From: Azolla caroliniana
Taxonomy: Eukaryota > Plantae > Polypodiophyta
Length of the DNA: 14,642 nucleotides
Direction of reading: 5' to 3'
Assembly (NCBI GenBank): GCA_043228905.1
Contig: JBHGNT010000850.1
Coordinates: forward strand, 1 to 14,642
Each line of letters opens with the position of its first letter. Within the stretch, counting starts at the first letter, position 1. A program made the position numbers and the translations under genes. Positions 9,105 to 14,642 of the stretch are shown here, in pieces. Under the pieces are notes generated by a model. The model did not search any database. It saw nothing but the letters and a program-made list of their open reading frames with translations, and was not told the DNA's origin.

Positions 9105-10519
9105 ATGGTGGTTTCAAAGGTCAAATGCAGATAATGTAAGAAAGAAGGGCATACAGAAAGGGTGTGTCAATTCAAACAAGCTGTGGAAAACAAAAGACAA
9201 TCACAAACAAATAATGCAATATTAGAAGAAAAATCAAACTCGAAATCAGAAGAATACACAAAATTTGGAGGAGATTCAGATGAAATACCAGAAGATGACA
9301 ATATTTTGCAAGCATACCATGTCACTGTAGAAGAGACAAAAATTGAACATGATACATGGTACCTAGACACTAGAGCTACACATATCGGAAGGACTAGTTA
9401 AATTGCTATGAGGGTCTGTCCAATCCATTATCAGTTACTATTGGAGACAACGGACGGAAAACAACAATCGGCAAAGGAAGCATTCAACTCAGATTGTCAA
9501 ATAATCAAGAGATTACAGTCCCAAATGTCTATTATGTACGAGGACTAGCTAAGCACCTATTATTTGTTGGACAAGCAACTGTACATGGACTAATAATACA
9601 ATTCTGTAAAGAGAAAGCAATTCTACTTTTCAAAAATGGAAACACAAGTACATAGTTGGTGTGTCCTAAGGAGAAGCACTTATATCCAATACGGAGTCAT
9701 CCTCCAAATGCATTCTCAACAATCTTGCAAATACATCACAAGAAAATATCTTCACTAACTCAATTATGGCATTGCCGGCTTGGGCATGTACACTATCAAG
9801 CACTACAACAATGCCAACAACAACAAAGAGTTCAAGGATTGCCATCCAAAATCTTCAATTCAGATTTCATGTGTGAAAGCTGTCTATTTGGAAAAATGAC
9901 ACACCAACCATTTACAAACAATTGTAGAACGACAGAGCGTCTACTTCAACTCGTCCATACAGATCTATGTGGACCATTCTCGATACCATCCTTATCTGGT
10001 GCGAGGTATTTCATTTCTTTCATAGATCATACTACCAGATTCACAATAGTAAGCTTTATTAGGAAAAAAAATCAAGCATTTGCAACATTCTGCAAGTATA
10101 AAAAATATACAGAAAAACAAACATCAAGCACCATCAAGATACTTCGCAGCGACAATGGAGGGGAGTATATCTCTCATGAATGGGAGAAGTTTTGTCAAGA
10201 AAATGGTCCCCTACACACCACAACAGAATGGTGTGGCAGAAAGAAAAAATAAAACCTTGCTTAATGCAGATCGCTGCATGCTGAAAATAAGCCACATGGA
10301 GCAACACTTTTGGGAGGAGGCAATCTCCACTGCTTGCTACCTGCAAAACATATTTTCACACAGTGCATTAGGAACGAAATCCCTTTTACATTATGGTATG
10401 GCTATCCACCTAAGGTTTCTCATCTTAGAGTATTTATTCTAGTTGCCTATGTGTATGTCCATGAGCACCACAGATCCAAACTAGACGATCGATGTTTCAA
10501 AGGAATATACATTGGATAT
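9105..10519 (+). mobile_element. Decayed Ty1/copia retrotransposon A: gag zinc knuckle, protease, GAG-pre-integrase, integrase core, SH3-like; RT/RNase H absent
   Basis: CR*CKKEGHTERVC (9126-9167); WYLDTRATH (protease WxLDSGA, ~9357); VTIGDN...GKG...PNVYYVRGLAKHLL; LWHCRLGH...CESCLFGK; LVHTDLCGP, LRSDNGGEY, PYTPQQNGVAERKNKTL; LRVF..VAYV...RSKLDDR...IYIGY. The PR-IN order is copia-type. Several stops and frameshifts. Confidence 0.96.
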
Positions 10520-10929
10520 TGTTGAGCGAGAAAGCTCAACGATATCCGGATCACTGAACAAGCCAGAGCCGGATCGGAGAGACGGATTCAAATGTGAACC
10601 GGAAGGCTAGTAGTAGCCTATACTCCTAAACTACTAGGTAGTTAGAGTCCTCGTAGTTAGTGTCAGTCGATTGTATGAGCATGGAAGTACATAGTACTTT
10701 TGTCAGTCCTTTTGAGAACGTGTATAAATAGTGTTATTTAGCACGTTGTATGTATAGAGTGATACAAAGTGTTATTTTTTTAATAGAGTTTATGTTCTGC
10801 TCTCTCTGTCTCCCTATCTCTCTCGTGTATGTTAAATACTCTCAAGCTTCCATTGAACCTGTGTTTTTTATTTTGTGCTGCTACTTGGCTAGACCGGTTT
10901 TGTCAAGCTTCTGCAGGCTAACTTTTACA
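10520..10929 (+). mobile_element. 5' LTR (410 bp) of nested copia element B
   Basis: Begins TGTTGA exactly where element A homology ends (..GGA TAT|TGTT), ends TTTTACA immediately before a PBS, and contains TATAAATA. Confidence 0.88.
10723..10730 (+). promoter_or_regulatory. Putative LTR TATA box
   Basis: TATAAATA in the middle of the LTR. Confidence 0.6.
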
Positions 10930-10941
10930 TGGTATTAGAGC
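10930..10941 (+). promoter_or_regulatory. Primer-binding site (initiator tRNA-Met type)
   Basis: TGGTATTAGAGC is an 11/12 match to canonical TGGTATCAGAGC, directly after the LTR-terminal CA. Confidence 0.92.
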
Positions 10942-11024
10942 GCGAGGGTTGAGACTCCTCTGCAACCGACAAACGCTTTCAAAGACAAACCCTAACACCT
11001 GGTGAAGAACAATAGAGAACCGAA

Positions 11025-11805
11025 ATGGACAGAGGTATAGCAAGTTCGCTTCCCACAAAAAAGCTCGACTGGAGCAACTATGCATCTTGGTCATATTAAA
11101 TGCGCAAGTACTTGTTGGGGCATGGATATTGGAGCTATGTGGAAGGAACTAACGAGGTAGCACCGGAGCCAGCACACAAAGACTTTTCGGCATGGGAGCA
11201 AGGAGTGAGCCGAGTATTTTACTACTTCGTGTCCGGTGTACACGATCAGATGCTCGGCTACATCAAGGATGCAAAAACGCCAAAGCAGGCCTAGGAAAAT
11301 CTACGGAAGATTTTCGCCACAAGTACCATAACCCGTAATTTGCAGCTCCGGCAAGAGTTGAACAACATCCGACAGAGAGATATGTTGGTTACGGACTACA
11401 CCACCATGATTAAGGAAATCTATGATGCACTCGGATCCATCAACGTAACGGTGGAAGAAGACGAGATGGTCCAGCACAATGAGTAGAACCGAAGGCATGC
11501 AATGGAGGTGGCTGGCAAGAGTAGAACTGAAGGCACAAAGATGGTGCCGACAGAAGTTCCGAACCTCCACAAGTAGGGGGAGTCAAGTCGGAGCCGGAAA
11601 CCGGCACGGAATGTTGGTACTGTGGCAAGAAAGGCCACAGAGAGAGCAAGTGCTGGAAGAAGCATGCTAATTCAGAATCTAGATCCGGCAAGGCCGAACA
11701 AGGGAACCGACAAAGCTCGCACTACGCAGAAAGATCGGCAGGATCCGATACCGGGAAGACCGGAAAAGATACAACCTTCGTGATGAAGCACAAGGCGAAC
11801 AACAT
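11025..11805 (+). pseudogene. Gag pseudogene of copia element B (internally deleted, truncated before protease)
   Basis: MDRGIASSLPTKKLDWSNYASWSY*MRKYLLGHGYWSYVEG...DAKTPKQA*ENLRKIF...LQLRQELNNIRQRDMLVTDYTTMIKEIYDALGSINVTVEEDEMVQ, then in another frame the CCHC knuckle CWYCGKKGHRESKC (11612-11653). Confidence 0.93.
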
Positions 11806-11929
11806 ATCGCACGATTAGATCACACACTAATCAGCTCATCCACTATGGTAAAGTTGTTCAGGGTTTAAAAATGATTGTGGGTGTATCTGTATACATATAT
11901 ATTTTTCTACATTTGTGTGAGTGGTGATA

Positions 11930-12395
11930 AGTTCCCTCCCTTTTTAGGTTTCTTTAGTTCTTTCTTTCTTTGTCCCTCTCTCCCTGCGGCCTATATATTC
12001 TTCTTTTTCTCAATCATCTCTTCTTTTTCACTTTTTAGTCACTTTCTTCTTCTCTACTCGTAGTTTCTATCTTCTTCTTCTTCTTCTTTGCTCTTCTTCG
12101 TCGTCACTTTCTTCCTCTTCTGTCTGTCTGTGCCTGTTTCTCTCTTCTTTTGGTGGTTTGGGTTGGAAACACGACCTTCCCTCTCCTTCTTCTCTCTGTT
12201 TGGACGATGTAGGCAGAGGTTGAGAGGCGGCAGCAGGATTCGCTGCTATGACGGCGATGGCGCCTTTCATCCACTCGTCTTTCATCATGTCTTTTGCTTT
12301 TCCTTTCATAATGGCCGTTCTCCTCATCCTCTTCTTTCTCATTCTTCTCCTTCTTACACCACATCGTCTTCCTGATTTCTTTCTTTTCTTCTGCG
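11930..12395. repeat. Pyrimidine-rich (CT/CTT) low-complexity tract
   Basis: Strong C/T skew on +, including a (TCT)n run at ~12070-12090. The minus strand translates to K/E/R/D-rich text. Confidence 0.75.
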
Positions 12396-14169
12396 TCAGT
12401 CAGTCGTTCGCATGTCGTTTGCACTCTTGCCTGACTCCATCACCGGTTAGATGTCTCTGTCGTAGGAAAATGACAGAAAATACATCCACTTTCTTCTCTA
12501 GTCCTAGGATGTCCAAAGCTCTTCCTAAGGTTTAGGGTTTAGAGTCTTTCTAAAGTTGTAGTTGGAGATGATCTTCATAAGACTTGAAGTTGTACCCGAG
12601 GCCTACGAGCATCATCAAATTGGAAACTTGCGCTGAAACTGCCTCATCACCGCATTCCTTGCACCACATCCCTTTCCATTACATCTGAAAATATTCACTC
12701 ACTATGAGAAACGAATTACAAACGCGAAATGCATAATGGCAATAATGACCATTCCATATCTACAATGTTTGCGATTAGCAAGCAGAAGAGGAGGAGAAAG
12801 GATCAATGATCGGCAGCACTATCCACCCATCGTGATCTACTTAATCTTCAAGGAGCTTCTTCATCAAGGAATGAGAGTTCCTTGTAGAAGTATGATTTCT
12901 ACCCATGAGATCTCCATGGCTATGTCTGTCTACAAAGAAGCATCGAGAGTGACTATAGCACATGGATGGACAGATGCCATAGCCATTAGCCATGGCTTCT
13001 CGCATACTTGTGCTGCCAATGATGCAATTGTGTTGCAATCTATGCATTATATTTTCGGTTTGACAATACAATGGATATTTTTTCCATAGCTGCTACCCTT
13101 CCCTACAAAGCTTCTCTTCTTTAGAAACGAAAAAAAGAAAAACATATAGCTTTTGCTGAAGCCTACGTCGTGGATTGCAAATATATTACTTGCTCTTTGC
13201 GTTATATCATATGATTCAATGATTATTTGATTGTGCTGAATACTGAGAATTATACTACAAGAAGTTTTTTTTTCATATCCTTCTGCAAATAGATCAGAAA
13301 GGACGCAAACAGAGGTTGCCTCATTTCAACCACAATTTCTTCAACCAATGCAGCAACCATTATTGCTGCCCATACCTTCACTGCAACACTAATGGAAAAT
13401 ACATAATTTTCTTTTGATGCAAAGACAAGAAATTTCATGAAACGGAACCAGTAACTTTAAAAAAATCCATCCTTATGATATTAATGTGAGGTTTTTTACT
13501 AGAAGAATTACATGTGAAAATTTAAAGGCGAAGGATAAATTATGCATGCCAGGAAGTTGGACCACATCACCTTAAAGTCAAGGTTAGTAACAAACTTACA
13601 TCAATTCTATTTCATGCTTTTGATTCATTATGTGTTTACATTCTTTCACCTTGCTAAAGTTGTTGTGTGCGTATATCAGTGTGTCACTTTGCTCGGAGAG
13701 TTATGGTGGAGATTTTTTTTAGAAGTGTGTGTTTCCTTGAAGGTTCAATTCAAGCAAATAGGCGAGGATGATGGGATGGTGTAAAAACCAATACTATCAA
13801 TTATAATGACAAGCCAAACATCAACTTGTGCTTCGATTCTTCAATATTGCCTGGCAATGTTTGATGTTTTATTATGATTGAGTGACCCTTTGATAGAAAA
13901 TGCTAGTTGAAGACTTTTAGACGAGTTGTATAGCATAACTGATATGTTACAAATGCATCCAAGGGGACTTTGATCCATGCTAATAAAACAGAATGGCACA
14001 AATCTCTTTATAGGATTGGAATTGTAAACTTCTAAGGAAGTATGACCCATAAGGAAAGTCCTAGATCAGTTATATCTTCAATCACAATTTAGTTTCCATG
14101 ACATAACATTGAGCTATAGATACAATATTATTTACATGTAGCAAAAATAGAGCCTATGTTGCTTTTCAA

Positions 14170-14642
14170 GGATGAACAATGAACAACCTGTGCTCAAGTT
14201 TTGCAATGTTGTCTACCCATGTAAATGATGTCTACAAAGAACAATGGACGACCTAACAAGCCACGACAATATCTGGGAACTAAGAAAGACAAATAACAGT
14301 AGGGTTTATCATATAAAGTCAAGGCCATTGACGAGAAAGGAGTTGAAAGATTCACCAGGTGAAAACAAAACCTTTTTTGTTAAATCTTCACCATCGAAAG
14401 TATTAAATGACTTAGTTAAACGTGTAAAAGGGTATCATTGAAAAGAACAAAGAAGAATATGATCAAAAGTTTAAAAAAAACAAAGAAGAATATGTGCAAA
14501 AGATAATACGTTTAGAGGCAAAGATAGAAATACAGAAATTAAGTAATGAAAAACAAGATAGTGAGATAAAAGAACATAAATTAACTATTAAAAATTTTGG
14601 AGGTTAAAGAAAAGGCACGTACTATGTACGAAAATATAAGTA
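14170..14642 (+). pseudogene. Possible decayed coding sequence with coiled-coil-like segment
   Basis: ORF 14244 (...VLNDLVKRVKG) continues after a 1-nt frameshift as IIEKNKEEYDQKFKKNKEEYVQKIIRLEAKIEIQKLSNEKQDSEIKEHKLTIKN, and includes a 33-nt (11-codon) internal duplication. Confidence 0.35.

Noticed and set aside
9656-10525. Functional or domesticated integrase
   Set aside because: Frameshifts, a core deletion and upstream stops indicate an ordinary decayed copia.
10750-10938. Small membrane peptide ORF
   Set aside because: Falls in the T-rich R/U5 part of the LTR.
11875-12535. Phe/Ser/Leu-rich plus-strand ORFs as membrane proteins
   Set aside because: Artefact of the pyrimidine-rich tract.
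13250-14050. Short ORFs and possible exons
   Set aside because: No consistent frame, motif or splice chain could be built.

Overview
Eukaryotic, land-plant genomic DNA (GT-AG introns, Ty1/copia remnants, plant telomere-type motifs). The left half (1-6622, +) is the 3' part of a gene with at least four exons. Splicing them by hand gives an uninterrupted protein of >=1526 aa: a >=1365-aa Ser/Arg/Glu/Gln-rich, hierarchically repetitive, probably disordered N-terminal region fused to a C-terminal ~160-aa four-TM CASP-like (CASPL/DUF588, MARVEL-related) domain. This giant-tailed CASPL is the most unusual object here. The right half is intergenic and transposon debris: an exact 247-bp tandem duplication, a decayed copia gag-pol, a second copia (5' LTR, PBS, gag) inserted into the first one's integrase C-terminus, and weak pseudogene-like fragments.
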